A stretch of DNA of 64,000 nucleotides from an uncultured delta proteobacterium (GTDB lineage Bacteria > Desulfobacterota > Desulfomonilia > UBA1062), in the NCBI GenBank assembly GCA_963798485.1, contig CAWCTR010000014.1, positions 224,001-288,000 of the forward strand. Direction: 5' to 3'. Positions within the stretch are counted from its first letter, which is position 1. Each line of letters begins with the position of its first letter. Made by a program: the position numbers and the translations under genes. Positions 49,734-60,088 of this stretch are shown here, in pieces. The notes under the pieces are model-generated. The model saw nothing but the letters and a program-made list of their open reading frames with translations, had not been told where the DNA came from and searched no databases.

Positions 49734-51111
49734 AGAGCTCCACTACCATGGGCATCTTGCCCACTGCATGGGTGGAGCAGGACAGACAGGGGTCGTAGCA
49801 TCTGATTGCCCCTTCGATCCGGTTCAGCACCCCCTCGGGAACGTCGCTGCCGGTGATATAACCCCTGGCTATGCAGTCCACCGCCTTGCTCATGGCCCAG
49901 TTGTTGTGGCCCGATGCAACGATGAGGTTCGCCTTGGTGATCATGCCGTCCCCGTTCACCCAGTAGTGGTGGAACAGGGTGCCCCTGGGCGCCTCGAGGG
50001 CGCCAACCCCTTCTGTGCACTGCACGGGTCCTTCGTGGAGGAGATCGCTGGAGAGGATGTCCGGGTCTTCCAGGATCTGTCCGGCCCGTTCCAGGGCATA
50101 GACGGCCTCTATGAGCCTGGCATAGTGGTAGTAGAAAGAGCTCTCTGCGGGTTTGCCGCTGTTCATGGCCCTGAAGCGGAGGAACTCCTGCTGGGCAATA
50201 GGTGTGCTGATCCTGTCCGCCACGTTGAGCCTGGCCAACGGGCCAACCCGGTAGAACCCCTCCTCGCCCAACGGCTTGAAGAAGGGGAACTTGAGGTAGT
50301 TCCAGTCCTCCACCTTCTCGCCGATGTGGCTGAGGTAGTATTTCGCCGGGAACTCATCGATGACCTTGCCGTCGCTGCCTGCGACCCTGACCATGCCGTC
50401 GTAGAGTTCCAGGGCGCCGTCCTCACCCACCAGGCCCATGTAGGCCGACGGGAACGAGGCGAAGTTGTCGCTCTCCTGTTTGTGATCGAGGATGAAATTC
50501 CGGATGATCGCCACACCCTCCAGGATATGCTTGATGTATTCGTCGATGCCCTTAAGGAGCCCGTCGCGCTTTTCTGCGGTCAGCGCCGTGTTCACGCCCC
50601 CGGGGATGGCGAATGTCGGGTGGATCCTCCTGCCTGTAACGGACTCGATGATGGTCTGGCCGTATTTTCTCAGCCTCACCGCTTTCAGCGCAAGCTCGGG
50701 GTTGGCCTTTACCAGCCCCACCACGTTGCGCAGCGCCGGGTCCGAGTCCCACCCGAGGATGATGTCGGGCCCTGCCAGCTCGAAGAAGTGCATGGCATGC
50801 GATTGGATGACCTGGCCCATGTGGATGAGCTCCCTGAGGAGCTTTGCCGTCCTGGGAATCTTCACGCCCAGGATCTCGTCGCATGCCTTGGCCGCGGCCA
50901 GGTGGTGGCTTACCGGGCAGATACCGCAGATACGCGGCGTTATGACCGGCATCTCCGGGAAGAACCTGCCTTCGGAGAACTTCTCAAATCCCCTGAACTG
51001 GTCCACGTGGAAATAGGTTCGGTCCACCTGACCTTCGTCGTTCAGGTATATGGTTACCTTGGCGTGTCCTTCTATCCTTGTGACCGGTGATATGGTTATC
51101 TTCTTTGACAT
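49690..51111 (-). CDS. hoxH: Group 3d [NiFe]-hydrogenase large subunit
   Basis: TRIEGHAK, RICGICPVSH, EAPRGTL.HHY, DPCLSCSTHA.G.MP. Confidence 0.85.
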   Translation of the reverse strand: MSKKITISPVTRIEGHAKVTIYLNDEGQVDRTYFHVDQFRGFEKFSEGRFFPEMPVITPRICGICPVSHHLAAAKACDEILGVKIPRTAKLLRELIHMGQVIQSHAMHFFELAGPDIILGWDSDPALRNVVGLVKANPELALKAVRLRKYGQTIIESVTGRRIHPTFAIPGGVNTALTAEKRDGLLKGIDEYIKHILEGVAIIRNFILDHKQESDNFASFPSAYMGLVGEDGALELYDGMVRVAGSDGKVIDEFPAKYYLSHIGEKVEDWNYLKFPFFKPLGEEGFYRVGPLARLNVADRISTPIAQQEFLRFRAMNSGKPAESSFYYHYARLIEAVYALERAGQILEDPDILSSDLLHEGPVQCTEGVGALEAPRGTLFHHYWVNGDGMITKANLIVASGHNNWAMSKAVDCIARGYITGSDVPEGVLNRIEGAIRCYDPCLSCSTHAVGKMPMVVELYDHAGNLVDARKRS

Positions 51112-51121
51112 GGCGGCACCT

Positions 51122-51664
51122 CTAGTCGTAGTACAGGAGATCCTGGGTAAGCGCCGGAACCCTGCCTTCCACAAGCTCGTTCAACACATGGTAGATCACG
51201 TCGGCAGGCGGCGGGCACCCGGGGATGTAGAAATCCACCTTTACGGCCTCATTAACGGCGAGCACCTTGGGGAGGTGCTTTCCCAACTCATCCGAGGTGG
51301 GCGGCGTACCGTTCACCGTGCTCTCGGTCGTGACATAACCACGGTGGAGTAGCTCCTCCACGGTAAAATAATTCCTCATGGTATTGATCCCGCCGAACAC
51401 GGCGCAGTCGCCCAGGGCCACGATCATCTTGCACCGGTGCCTGAGCTCTTTAACCTCTTCCAGGTGGTGGTCCGTTGACACGGCCCCCTCTATGATGCCG
51501 ATGTCGGTGCCCATGGGGGGTATCTTCAGGTCGGTGATGGGTGTCGCAGTCAGAACAAGCCCTTTCCCGATGAGCTCCACGAGACGCTCATCCATGTCAA
51601 GCAGTGACATGTGGCATCCCGAGCACCCCTCGCACCAAGTGGATGCTATCTTAATGGTATTCAT
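51122..51664 (-). CDS. hoxY: Group 3d hydrogenase small subunit
   Basis: GCSGCHMS.LD.DE, GDCA, PGCPP; short single-cluster type. Confidence 0.85.
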   Translation of the reverse strand: MNTIKIASTWCEGCSGCHMSLLDMDERLVELIGKGLVLTATPITDLKIPPMGTDIGIIEGAVSTDHHLEEVKELRHRCKMIVALGDCAVFGGINTMRNYFTVEELLHRGYVTTESTVNGTPPTSDELGKHLPKVLAVNEAVKVDFYIPGCPPPADVIYHVLNELVEGRVPALTQDLLYYD

Positions 51665-51667
51665 GTC

Positions 51668-53329
51668 TCACCCCTTTGCCAATAAGCTGGAAAGCACGGT
51701 TTTGAGATCGATTGCACCCGGGCCGGCCTTTAATACCGGCACGCGCTCCATTCGGTCCCCATCAAGATTGTAAAAGGTCCCTTCCCTCTCAAACCCGTCC
51801 CTGATGGGAACGACCAGGTCCGCCCTTAGCGTCAGGTTGTTCTCGTACGGGCTGAAGCAGGCGACAAAGGTCCCGTCCTCGATGGTCATCCCAGGGATGT
51901 CCTTGCCGAAGAAAAAGACCGGGCTTCCTTGTGCTGCGGCATACCCTATACCGAGCCTTGCGATACCCAGGGTATTGGTCTCGGGCGGCAGCCAGAGGAA
52001 CCTTACCCCATCAAGCTTGCCAAGGGCCTCTTTCTCCTTCTCATCGAGTTCCTGGTAGACGATCAGGCAGTTCGTGCCCTTTGCTAGGGTCTGAGCACGG
52101 GCCAGGAAATCATCAGAGGTGAGGCGTTCTCTTGGGAAGATTGAAAAGGTGTTCTTCGGTGCATCGACCAGTATGAACCGCGCCTTGTTTTCCGCAACCC
52201 TCCTCTTGACCAGCGAACCGAGGACACCATAGCCGGCATCGAGATCAAGACGGAAGATGATGACAGTGTCTGCCGTGTTCAGGTCTTCCATGCGTGCCGT
52301 CGAGGCGACCGGAGGGGTTACGGGTCTAAGCGAATTGACCTTTCCTTTGAAGAGCGTCTTTATCATCTCCAGCTCTTCGTTATAAAGGGATCCATCGACA
52401 TACGCCGTCGCTCCGTTGATCTTATCCCTGATCACGCTGCTCAGATCGCTTATAGCGATATCCTTCATTCCATTCCCTGTGCGCATGCGAGGGGAAGCCA
52501 TTTTCCGGTGCTCTTCATAGACTGACAGATACCTGCCCTGCCGGCATAACAGGCCGCCAGATGGCTTTGCGGCCCAGTCGCCGTGGATCTTTATCACGGC
52601 ATTAGTGCCGGGATTCTTATACACCTCGATGCCGCAGCCTACCGGGCACATGTCGCAAACGGTCTTTATCTGCTCGTTTTTGTCCCTGCTCCTCTGGTAT
52701 GCCGCCCTCTTTTCAATGAGGGCCCCTGTAGGGCATACCTGGACGCAGGCGCCGCAGGAGACGCAGCTCGAGAGTCCCAGCGGCCTCTCAAGATCGGCCA
52801 CGATCAGTGTCTTGACCCCCCTGTTGCTCTCCGTGAGCACGTAGTGGCCTGCCAGGTCGGTGCAGGCTCGTACGCACCTGCCGCACAGGATGCACCGGTT
52901 GTGCTCTATCATAATGTACGGGTGTGATACATCGACGGGATAGCGCTTTTCATACGTCTCGAAGTTGTAGTGGTCCATGCCGAGCTTATATCCCAGGTCC
53001 TGCAGCTCGCAGTTTCCGCTCACCTCGCAGTACATGCAGTAGTGGTTCCTGCTCGTGAAGATCATCTGGATGGTGGTCTTACGGATGTGCTGTATCCGGG
53101 GTGAATCGGTGATGATATCCATGCCGTTCTCCACCGGCATGGTGCACGATGCCTTCAGCCTCCCCTTGTCTTCCACAATGCACATGCGGCAGGCCCCCCT
53201 GGGGATCAGGGCCTCATGGTGGCACAGAGTCGGAATGTATATCCCGAGTGTCTGGGCCGCCTCAAGGATGGTCTTACCCTGCTCCACCTCGATATCTATT
53301 CCGTTGATCCGCAACTTCACCTTGCTCAT
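51668..53329 (-). CDS. HoxU/NuoG-like Fe-S protein with C-terminal molybdopterin-oxidoreductase-like extension
   Basis: PTLC..GACRMC, H.C..C...C.LQ, CILCGRCVRAC, CVSCGACVQVCP, CDMCPVGC...C, EREGTF.N. Confidence 0.8.
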   Translation of the reverse strand: MSKVKLRINGIDIEVEQGKTILEAAQTLGIYIPTLCHHEALIPRGACRMCIVEDKGRLKASCTMPVENGMDIITDSPRIQHIRKTTIQMIFTSRNHYCMYCEVSGNCELQDLGYKLGMDHYNFETYEKRYPVDVSHPYIMIEHNRCILCGRCVRACTDLAGHYVLTESNRGVKTLIVADLERPLGLSSCVSCGACVQVCPTGALIEKRAAYQRSRDKNEQIKTVCDMCPVGCGIEVYKNPGTNAVIKIHGDWAAKPSGGLLCRQGRYLSVYEEHRKMASPRMRTGNGMKDIAISDLSSVIRDKINGATAYVDGSLYNEELEMIKTLFKGKVNSLRPVTPPVASTARMEDLNTADTVIIFRLDLDAGYGVLGSLVKRRVAENKARFILVDAPKNTFSIFPRERLTSDDFLARAQTLAKGTNCLIVYQELDEKEKEALGKLDGVRFLWLPPETNTLGIARLGIGYAAAQGSPVFFFGKDIPGMTIEDGTFVACFSPYENNLTLRADLVVPIRDGFEREGTFYNLDGDRMERVPVLKAGPGAIDLKTVLSSLLAKG

Positions 53330-53512
53330 CGAACACCCCTCTCGCAGTACTTAAGAACTTGTGTTCCTCCCCTGGGACATCGACGTCTCCTTCCATACAT
53401 CCAGGAAGATTATATCTATGTCCGGCAACGGTCTGATAAAATATACACCAGAGCAAAAAAAATGAAAAGTATTAAATAATAATCATTCCTGATAGAGATA
53501 ACTGAATTGGAT

Positions 53513-53580
53513 AAAAAAGATCCTTTACTGCATCCAGGATAATGGAATCTTCATATCATCCCGGGTGCGGCAAAGGATCT
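53513..53580 (-). terminator. Long hairpin terminator after satP
   Basis: 23-bp imperfect stem AGATCCTTTGCCGCACCCGGGAT/ATCCTGGATGCAGTAAAGGATCT followed by a T run on the - strand. Confidence 0.65.
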
Positions 53581-53613
53581 GAGAATGCAGCCAAATTTAT
53601 ATACAGGAGGTGG

Positions 53614-54180
53614 TTATTTCTTGTCACCAAGCGGCAGGACGACCCTCCCAAAGTTCTCGTTTATCACCTGTGCCATTGCACAGTAAATGGCGGAAGCCCC
53701 ACAGAAGATCCCCTCATACCCGGTGATAATCGCCCAGGAACCCTTCCACCCGAAGCCGTCCCGCGCAGCCAGCATCCAGAAAAGTATGGTGAGCGATAAA
53801 AATACTACCTGAAGGCCCCTGTTGGCCTTCCATGTGCCGATCCACATGAAAAACGTGAAAAGCCCCCACATGAACAGATACCAGGACATGAACACCTCGG
53901 AGTTTTCACCGAGACCCAACTGCTTATTGAAATAGACAAGAAACACGAGGGTAAACCAGAATGCCCCATATGAGGTAAAGGCCGTGGTTCCGAAGGTGTT
54001 GCCCTTCTTGAATTCCATGATCCCTGCAATCACCTGTGCCATACCCCCATAGAAGATCCCCACTGCCAGGATCCCGGCGCACATACCGAAGATCCCTGCA
54101 TTGTGAAGATTCAGCAGTACCGTTGTCATACCAAAGCCCATGAGTCCAAGTGGTGCCGGATTTGCAAGATTGTTTGACAT
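53614..54180 (-). CDS. satP: Acetate uptake transporter (GPR1/FUN34/YaaH)
   Basis: ANPAPLGL, FYGG, GNTFG.TAFTSYG.FW. Confidence 0.9.
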   Translation of the reverse strand: MSNNLANPAPLGLMGFGMTTVLLNLHNAGIFGMCAGILAVGIFYGGMAQVIAGIMEFKKGNTFGTTAFTSYGAFWFTLVFLVYFNKQLGLGENSEVFMSWYLFMWGLFTFFMWIGTWKANRGLQVVFLSLTILFWMLAARDGFGWKGSWAIITGYEGIFCGASAIYCAMAQVINENFGRVVLPLGDKK

Positions 54181-54348
54181 TACACTCCTCCTATTTTTTA
54201 ACGATTATAGAATGATAGTTAATCATGTCAGAAGGTTCGTCTCTGACATGTAACCTCCCCCGCACATGGTTTTAAAAAATTGATACAATAGCCCGCGTAT
54301 ATACTGTTATCAGGGAGATTTGTCAATTGAATAGTGATTCATTTATGG

Positions 54349-55578
54349 CTAATCAGATCCCTCTTCAAGGAGGCTCTGCTCATAGGGGAATGGCGACAAA
54401 GCCTTCTTCAACACCCCGTGCACATAGGATATGGCGACCCCGTAGTTGGTGATGGGAATTGCCCTTTCGTGGGCCTCTTGTATCCTTCCCAGCATCTCCT
54501 TGCGGTTGATCATGCACCCGCCGCACTGGATGATGAGCCGGTAATCACGGATGTCCCTGTCCAGGATGGACCCGGCATGGACATCGAAGGCGATGTCCTT
54601 GCCGGTATAGAGCTTTACCCACCTGGGGATCTTGACCCGGCCGATGTCGTCCGGCAGGGGGTGGTGGGTGCACGCCTCACAGATGAGCACCCTGTCGCCG
54701 TCCTTGAGGGTGTCGATGGCCTTCACGCCTTCGACGAATTCAGCCAGATCGCCCTTGAGCCTGGAGAACAGGATGGAAAAGGTGGTGAGTTTGGTCGACG
54801 GAGGCAGGTCGCCAGCCACCTTCAAGACCACCTGTGAGTCACAGATCACGAGTCCCGGAGGGGTCTTGAGGCTGGCCAGGACGTACTCGATCTCGCGCTC
54901 CTTGACCACTATGGCTGCCGCGTCGTTGTCCAGGATGTCCCTGATGACCTGGACCTGCGGGAGGATAAGCCTGCCCTTGGGCGCGCCCAGGTCTATTGGC
55001 ACCACCAGGAGCACGATATCGCCGTGGCTGATGATGTCGCCCACGATGGTGGAACGCTCCGCCTCCAGGGTCTTTGCGATCTCCACGATGCGCTCGCGTG
55101 CCTGGCCTATGTTCTCTCCGGTCAGGCAGCACACGGCCGCAAACGGTATCTTGGCCTCATCCATCTCAGATGCCGTCTTTGTATCAACAGGGAACAGATC
55201 GATCTTGTTGAAAATGAGAATGGTTTTGGCCCCCCTCACCTTGAGCTCATCCAGCAGGGCCTTGTCTGCCTGGTCAAAGTCTGCAAAGGTGCTCACCACA
55301 ACGGCAAGGTTGATCTTGGCCATGATGGCCTTGGTGCGGTCCACCCGCATATCCCCAAGATCTCCGGTGTCGTCGAGACCGGCGGTATCGTAGATATAGA
55401 CAGGCCCGATGCCATGGATCTCCATGGCCTTGCCCACCGGGTCGGTGGTAGTGCCTGCCACGGGAGAGACGATGGACACGCTCTGGCCGGTCAAGGCATT
55501 GATGAAGGACGACTTGCCGGAGTTACGCTTCCCGAAGATGCCTATGTGCAGCCTGTTGGCTACTGGCGTGGTGTTCAT
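54349..55578 (-). CDS. hydF: [FeFe]-hydrogenase H-cluster maturation GTPase
   Basis: GKRNSGKSS, GTTTDPV, DTAG, NKID, PKGRLILPQVQ, CTHH, CGGC. Confidence 0.95.
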   Translation of the reverse strand: MNTTPVANRLHIGIFGKRNSGKSSFINALTGQSVSIVSPVAGTTTDPVGKAMEIHGIGPVYIYDTAGLDDTGDLGDMRVDRTKAIMAKINLAVVVSTFADFDQADKALLDELKVRGAKTILIFNKIDLFPVDTKTASEMDEAKIPFAAVCCLTGENIGQARERIVEIAKTLEAERSTIVGDIISHGDIVLLVVPIDLGAPKGRLILPQVQVIRDILDNDAAAIVVKEREIEYVLASLKTPPGLVICDSQVVLKVAGDLPPSTKLTTFSILFSRLKGDLAEFVEGVKAIDTLKDGDRVLICEACTHHPLPDDIGRVKIPRWVKLYTGKDIAFDVHAGSILDRDIRDYRLIIQCGGCMINRKEMLGRIQEAHERAIPITNYGVAISYVHGVLKKALSPFPYEQSLLEEGSD

Positions 55579-56963
55579 TTCTTGTACCCCATCATACGGA
55601 TCCTCTCGGGTGAGACAAGCTCTTCAAACTCATGGCCGGTCAGGATCTTTTCGTCAATGATGATCTCTTTGAGGGTCCTTTTGTCATGTCTCATGGTCTG
55701 ATAGATACGTGATGCCGCGTCATGGCCGATGTATTGGGAGAGATAGGTCAGGATGGCAACCGAATTGGTCAGGTTCGCATCGATCTTCTCCCTGTTCAGC
55801 GTTAATCCCTTGATGGCCTTCTCCTCAAACTTGATCAGGGCAAGGCTCAGCAGCGACATGGACTTGAGCATAAGATAAGATACCAGGGGAAAGAACTGGT
55901 TCAGCTCAAGGTTGCCAAGGGCCGCGGCCTGGGCGATGGTATTGTCATAGGCAATGACAAGAAGGCTGATCTGGGTGGTGAACTCGCACATGACCGGGTT
56001 GACTTTGCCCGGCATAATGGAAGAACCTTCCTGTACTGGGGGAAGGATCACCTCGCCGATCCCCCCTGAGGGGCCTGAGGAGAGGAGCCTGAGGTCCTCT
56101 GATATCTTCATCAGGTTCACTGCACAGGTCTTCACCAGGCCCGACACCTCCACGATGGCATCCAGGTTCTGAGTGGCATCCACCATGTTCTCGGAGCGCG
56201 TGATGGCAAGGCCGGTGAGATCCTTAAGCCTTTCGATCACGAGAAAGATGTATTTCTGGGGCGCATTGAACCCGGTGCCGATGGCAGTGCCCCCTATATT
56301 AAGCACCTTGATGCGCTCGCGCGCCTTGAAGATCCTCCATCTGTCCCGGGCTATGGCCTCGGCATAGGCAGCGAACTGCATTCCCGCCGTAATAGGCAGT
56401 GCATCCTGGAGTTCGGTACGGCCCAGCTTGAGGATACCGGCATAGGCCTTCTCCCTTTCCTGGAGGGCCTCCTGCAGGTTGATAAGAAGCCCTTCCATCT
56501 TGTCCAGATGCATAAGCATGGCCACCTTGAGCGCCGATGGATAGGTGTCATTGGTGGACTGGTGCATGTTTACGTGGTCAAGGGGATGGATGTATGCATA
56601 GTCGCCCTTGGCTCTTCCGACAAGCTCAAGGGCCTTATTGGCAATGACCTCGTTCACGTTCATGTTCAGCGAGGTCCCTGCCCCTCCGCTTAAGGGACTT
56701 ACAACAATGTCTTCAAAGTGCTCACCGGTAAGCATTTTATCAATGCCCTTGATGATGGCTTGGGCCTTTTCTTTCTCAAGATATTTCAGCTCTGCATTCA
56801 CCAGGGCGGCCGCCTTTTTAACCAGCAGATAGGCCTTCACAAAGAGCGGGTCGTGCCGCTCGCCTATGTTACCGAAATTGCCGAGTGCCCGGGCGGTGTG
56901 CACTCCATACAGGCTCTCATCCAGTATCTCAAGGCTGCCTATTGAATCCTTTTCTCTCCTCAC
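55575..56963 (-). CDS. aspA: Aspartate ammonia-lyase
   Basis: GGAGTS.NMN.NEV, QSTND, GRT.LQDA, GSSIMPGKVNPV. Confidence 0.85.
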   Translation of the reverse strand: MRREKDSIGSLEILDESLYGVHTARALGNFGNIGERHDPLFVKAYLLVKKAAALVNAELKYLEKEKAQAIIKGIDKMLTGEHFEDIVVSPLSGGAGTSLNMNVNEVIANKALELVGRAKGDYAYIHPLDHVNMHQSTNDTYPSALKVAMLMHLDKMEGLLINLQEALQEREKAYAGILKLGRTELQDALPITAGMQFAAYAEAIARDRWRIFKARERIKVLNIGGTAIGTGFNAPQKYIFLVIERLKDLTGLAITRSENMVDATQNLDAIVEVSGLVKTCAVNLMKISEDLRLLSSGPSGGIGEVILPPVQEGSSIMPGKVNPVMCEFTTQISLLVIAYDNTIAQAAALGNLELNQFFPLVSYLMLKSMSLLSLALIKFEEKAIKGLTLNREKIDANLTNSVAILTYLSQYIGHDAASRIYQTMRHDKRTLKEIIIDEKILTGHEFEELVSPERIRMMGYKK

Positions 56964-57202
56964 GTAGACACCTCATGTTGTGTCATTCCTGCGAAACAAA
57001 TAATAGGAAGGAAGTGTACATTCTGGGTACAGAAGGCGCAAGGGTATTATCTCAGAGGTAACTCGTATTATTAATATCATACTGATAAAATCATTGCAAA
57101 AGGGTTGGAAGATTTTATCAGAATGTTTAAAGCCCCTCATCTCCCATTAAGGGGCATGTTTTATCTTGACTGCCCGCAAAACGAGACGTACCTACAGGCA
57201 CA

Positions 57203-58375
57203 ATGGCAAATCATCCCGAGACATTATACGACTTCGATACCCCTGTGGAACGCCGCAATTCTGCGAGCCTCAAATGGGACAAATACAAGGGCAGAGACAT
57301 CATCCCCTTGTGGGTGGCGGATATGGACTTCAAGGCCCCTCCGGCTGTTATTTCGGCGCTTCACCGGCACGTGGCCCATGGGGTGTTCGGCTACACCTTG
57401 CCGCCTGATGACCTCCTGGAGGCTGTTATGTGCATGCTGGAGCGCACACATGCATGGACCGTGAAACCCGAGTGGGTCGTGTGGCTGCCCGGCCTTGTAA
57501 GCGGCCTGAACATTGCCTGCCGCGCCGTGGGGAAGCCGGGTGATGCAGTCATCACCACCACCCCGGCCTACCCGCCGTTCCTCAGCGCCCCTTCCCTCTC
57601 ACAGCGCACCCTCTTCACTGTCGCCCATGTAGATGACGGCGGTAACTATATCTTCGACTTCGCCGGTATCGAACGGTCCATCACAGCCCGTACACGGATG
57701 TTTATCCTGTGTAACCCGCAGAACCCGACCGGCAGGGTCTTCACCCGTGACGAACTATTGCACCTGGCCCGGATCTGCCTTGGTAATAATATCATCATCT
57801 GTTCGGATGAGATCCACTGCGGCCTTGTGCTGGACCATGACAAAGGACACATAACCCTATCCACCCTCGATGAGGACATAGCCCGGCAGACCATCACCCT
57901 GCTTGCCCCCAGCAAGACCTACAACCTCCCGGGCCTGGGCTGCTCTTTTGCCGTGATCCCTGACAAAGGACTCCGGTCATATTTTAAAACTGCCATGAAC
58001 GGCATCGTGCCCCATGTCAATGCCCTGGGGTTAACCGCTGCCCTGGCCGCATACCGGGATTGTGAAGAATGGCGACTGGCACTCATTGACTACCTCAGGC
58101 AAAACCGGAATCTGGTGGAGGATTTCGTGGCAAACACCCCGGGGCTTGGCATGCACCACACCGAGGCCACCTATCTCGCCTGGATTGATTGTCGCAACCT
58201 GGATGTGCCGAACCCTGCAGCCTTCTTTGAAGACTCGGGTGTCGGCCTCTCCGATGGTGCTGACTTCGGCACACCGGGATTCGTGCGTTTGAACTTCGGC
58301 TGTGCCCGCAGTCTCCTGGTAGAGGCGCTTGGCCGGATGGGGGATGCACTGGCCCGGTACCCCGGGCGCTCCTGA
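57203..58375 (+). CDS. PatB/MalY-type PLP C-S lyase
   Basis: WVADMDF, CNPQNPTG, SDEIH, APSKTYN, RLNFG. Confidence 0.9.
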   Translation: MANHPETLYDFDTPVERRNSASLKWDKYKGRDIIPLWVADMDFKAPPAVISALHRHVAHGVFGYTLPPDDLLEAVMCMLERTHAWTVKPEWVVWLPGLVSGLNIACRAVGKPGDAVITTTPAYPPFLSAPSLSQRTLFTVAHVDDGGNYIFDFAGIERSITARTRMFILCNPQNPTGRVFTRDELLHLARICLGNNIIICSDEIHCGLVLDHDKGHITLSTLDEDIARQTITLLAPSKTYNLPGLGCSFAVIPDKGLRSYFKTAMNGIVPHVNALGLTAALAAYRDCEEWRLALIDYLRQNRNLVEDFVANTPGLGMHHTEATYLAWIDCRNLDVPNPAAFFEDSGVGLSDGADFGTPGFVRLNFGCARSLLVEALGRMGDALARYPGRS

Positions 58376-58473
58376 TTCTCGGAGAGAAGCACCCTTATTA
58401 TCTGGTATTATCCAATCATCATCGTTCCCAAGCCGGGGGGATTGGGAACGAGACACTTTGTGAGATGTTGTTT

Positions 58474-59733
58474 TCAGCGTGCAGAGATCTGTGTACGATA
58501 TCGATCCCCGGCCTTGCGTTGCCTATCCATGGGAGACTGCGCTGCCGGACGTGCCACACCCTGCCTTTGCTGCTTTGTCCTGGCCGCCTGGAAAGGACCA
58601 TCGGCCTTGGGCTTTTTGTAATCGAATCCCGACAGGGTCTTTTGTTCCACTGCCGCCCCGAGGATGCATTCAATAGTATATGCCATGGATGTGTCTTCGT
58701 TCGTTACAAAGGTGAAGGCCTCACCTGTTCTGGAGACGCGTCCTGTCCGTCCGATGCGGTGGGTATAGGCATCAGCGGTGTCGGGCATATCAAAATTGAT
58801 GACATGGGTGATTGCAGACACATCTATTCCCCGGGCCGCAATATCCGTAGCGACAAGGATCTTGAAAGAACCGCTGCGGAAGCCTTCAATGGCATTCTGA
58901 CGCTGATTCTGTGACAGGTTGCCCTGTAGTGAGGCGGCCCTGAACCCGGCATAACCCAGTTGTTCTGCCAGCTTCTTTGCACGATGTTTGGTTCGGGTGA
59001 AGATCAGGACAGAATCCGTTTCAGTGCGTTTGAGCAATTCCTTTAAAAGTGCGGTCTTCAGATGTTGTTCCACCGGGTAAAGCACATGGGATATGGTTGC
59101 AACCGGTTTCGTATGGTCGATCTGGACCGTGACGGCATCGCGCAGTATGTCTGAAGACAGGCGGCGGATATCATCCGGCATGGTGGCTGAAAAGAGCAGG
59201 TTCTGCCTCTTGGAAGGGAGTTGCTTGGTTATCCGGCGGATATCGGGCAGGAAGCCCATGTCGAACATGCGGTCGGCCTCGTCGATGACAAGGACTTCGA
59301 GTGAAGACAGATCGATGTTGTTGCGGGACATATGGTCAAGAAGCCGGCCCGGGCAGGCCACAATAATCTCTACACCGCGCCTGAGCGCCTTTATCTGAGG
59401 GTCCATACTCACACCGCCGAAAATTGCGGCACTGTGCAACCTGGTATGCCTGCCGAGAGAATTGACGGCCTCATGGATCTGGGAGGCCAGCTCACGTGTG
59501 GGGGCAAGGATCAATGCCCGAACCTTGCGGCGCTCTCCGTCCATGAGCTTCTGGAGAAGCGGCAGCACAAACGCCGCTGTCTTGCCGGTTCCGGTCTGGG
59601 CCAGGCCCAATACATCGCGCTTGTTCAAAATGTGGGGAATTGCCTTTTCCTGTATGGGGGTTGGGCACGTGTATCCCTGCTCAGTAATGGCAGCAGAGAT
59701 GTCCGTATGAAGATTGAAGTGTTCGAATGTCAT
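58474..59733 (-). CDS. rhlE: DEAD-box RNA helicase, RhlE-like
   Basis: AQTGTGKT, PTRELA, DEAD, SAT, ARGID, HRIGRTGR. Confidence 0.85.
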   Translation of the reverse strand: MTFEHFNLHTDISAAITEQGYTCPTPIQEKAIPHILNKRDVLGLAQTGTGKTAAFVLPLLQKLMDGERRKVRALILAPTRELASQIHEAVNSLGRHTRLHSAAIFGGVSMDPQIKALRRGVEIIVACPGRLLDHMSRNNIDLSSLEVLVIDEADRMFDMGFLPDIRRITKQLPSKRQNLLFSATMPDDIRRLSSDILRDAVTVQIDHTKPVATISHVLYPVEQHLKTALLKELLKRTETDSVLIFTRTKHRAKKLAEQLGYAGFRAASLQGNLSQNQRQNAIEGFRSGSFKILVATDIAARGIDVSAITHVINFDMPDTADAYTHRIGRTGRVSRTGEAFTFVTNEDTSMAYTIECILGAAVEQKTLSGFDYKKPKADGPFQAARTKQQRQGVARPAAQSPMDRQRKAGDRYRTQISAR

Positions 59734-60088
59734 TGATGCTCCTTTGTTTATAGTGTTTCTGACAAGGGGTCTCTGCTCATTAAAGGGCAGGCCCTGTCTT
59801 CGTGGGAACCACTGGGATTCGTTTCAGCGGAACTGCTTAAAGACTCCTGACAGATCTTGTCTTGTTCGGAATAGTGAAGGAATAACTTGATACTGTTACC
59901 TTTTCCCTTTATGGATTATTCAGGTAAGACCGATTCGCTTTTTTAGATTGTGCCTATCCGTACGTACTATCCCGCTGATTGTCAAGGATAAAAGGTAGAG
60001 CTTTTCAGACCGAGGGAATGTTCATGCCGAATTCCGTCTCAGTGCACCCGGGCTTGACCGTCTTTAAGCTTGAGAGTAGAAATACACA

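Noticed and set aside
49726-51090. Long antisense ORFs (also 43939-45066, 37231-38280, 29121-30098)
   Set aside because: Shadows of well-supported genes on the opposite strand, with no motifs
53274-53456. Possible hoxF remnant upstream of the hoxU-like gene
   Set aside because: No NuoF/HoxF motifs recognisable
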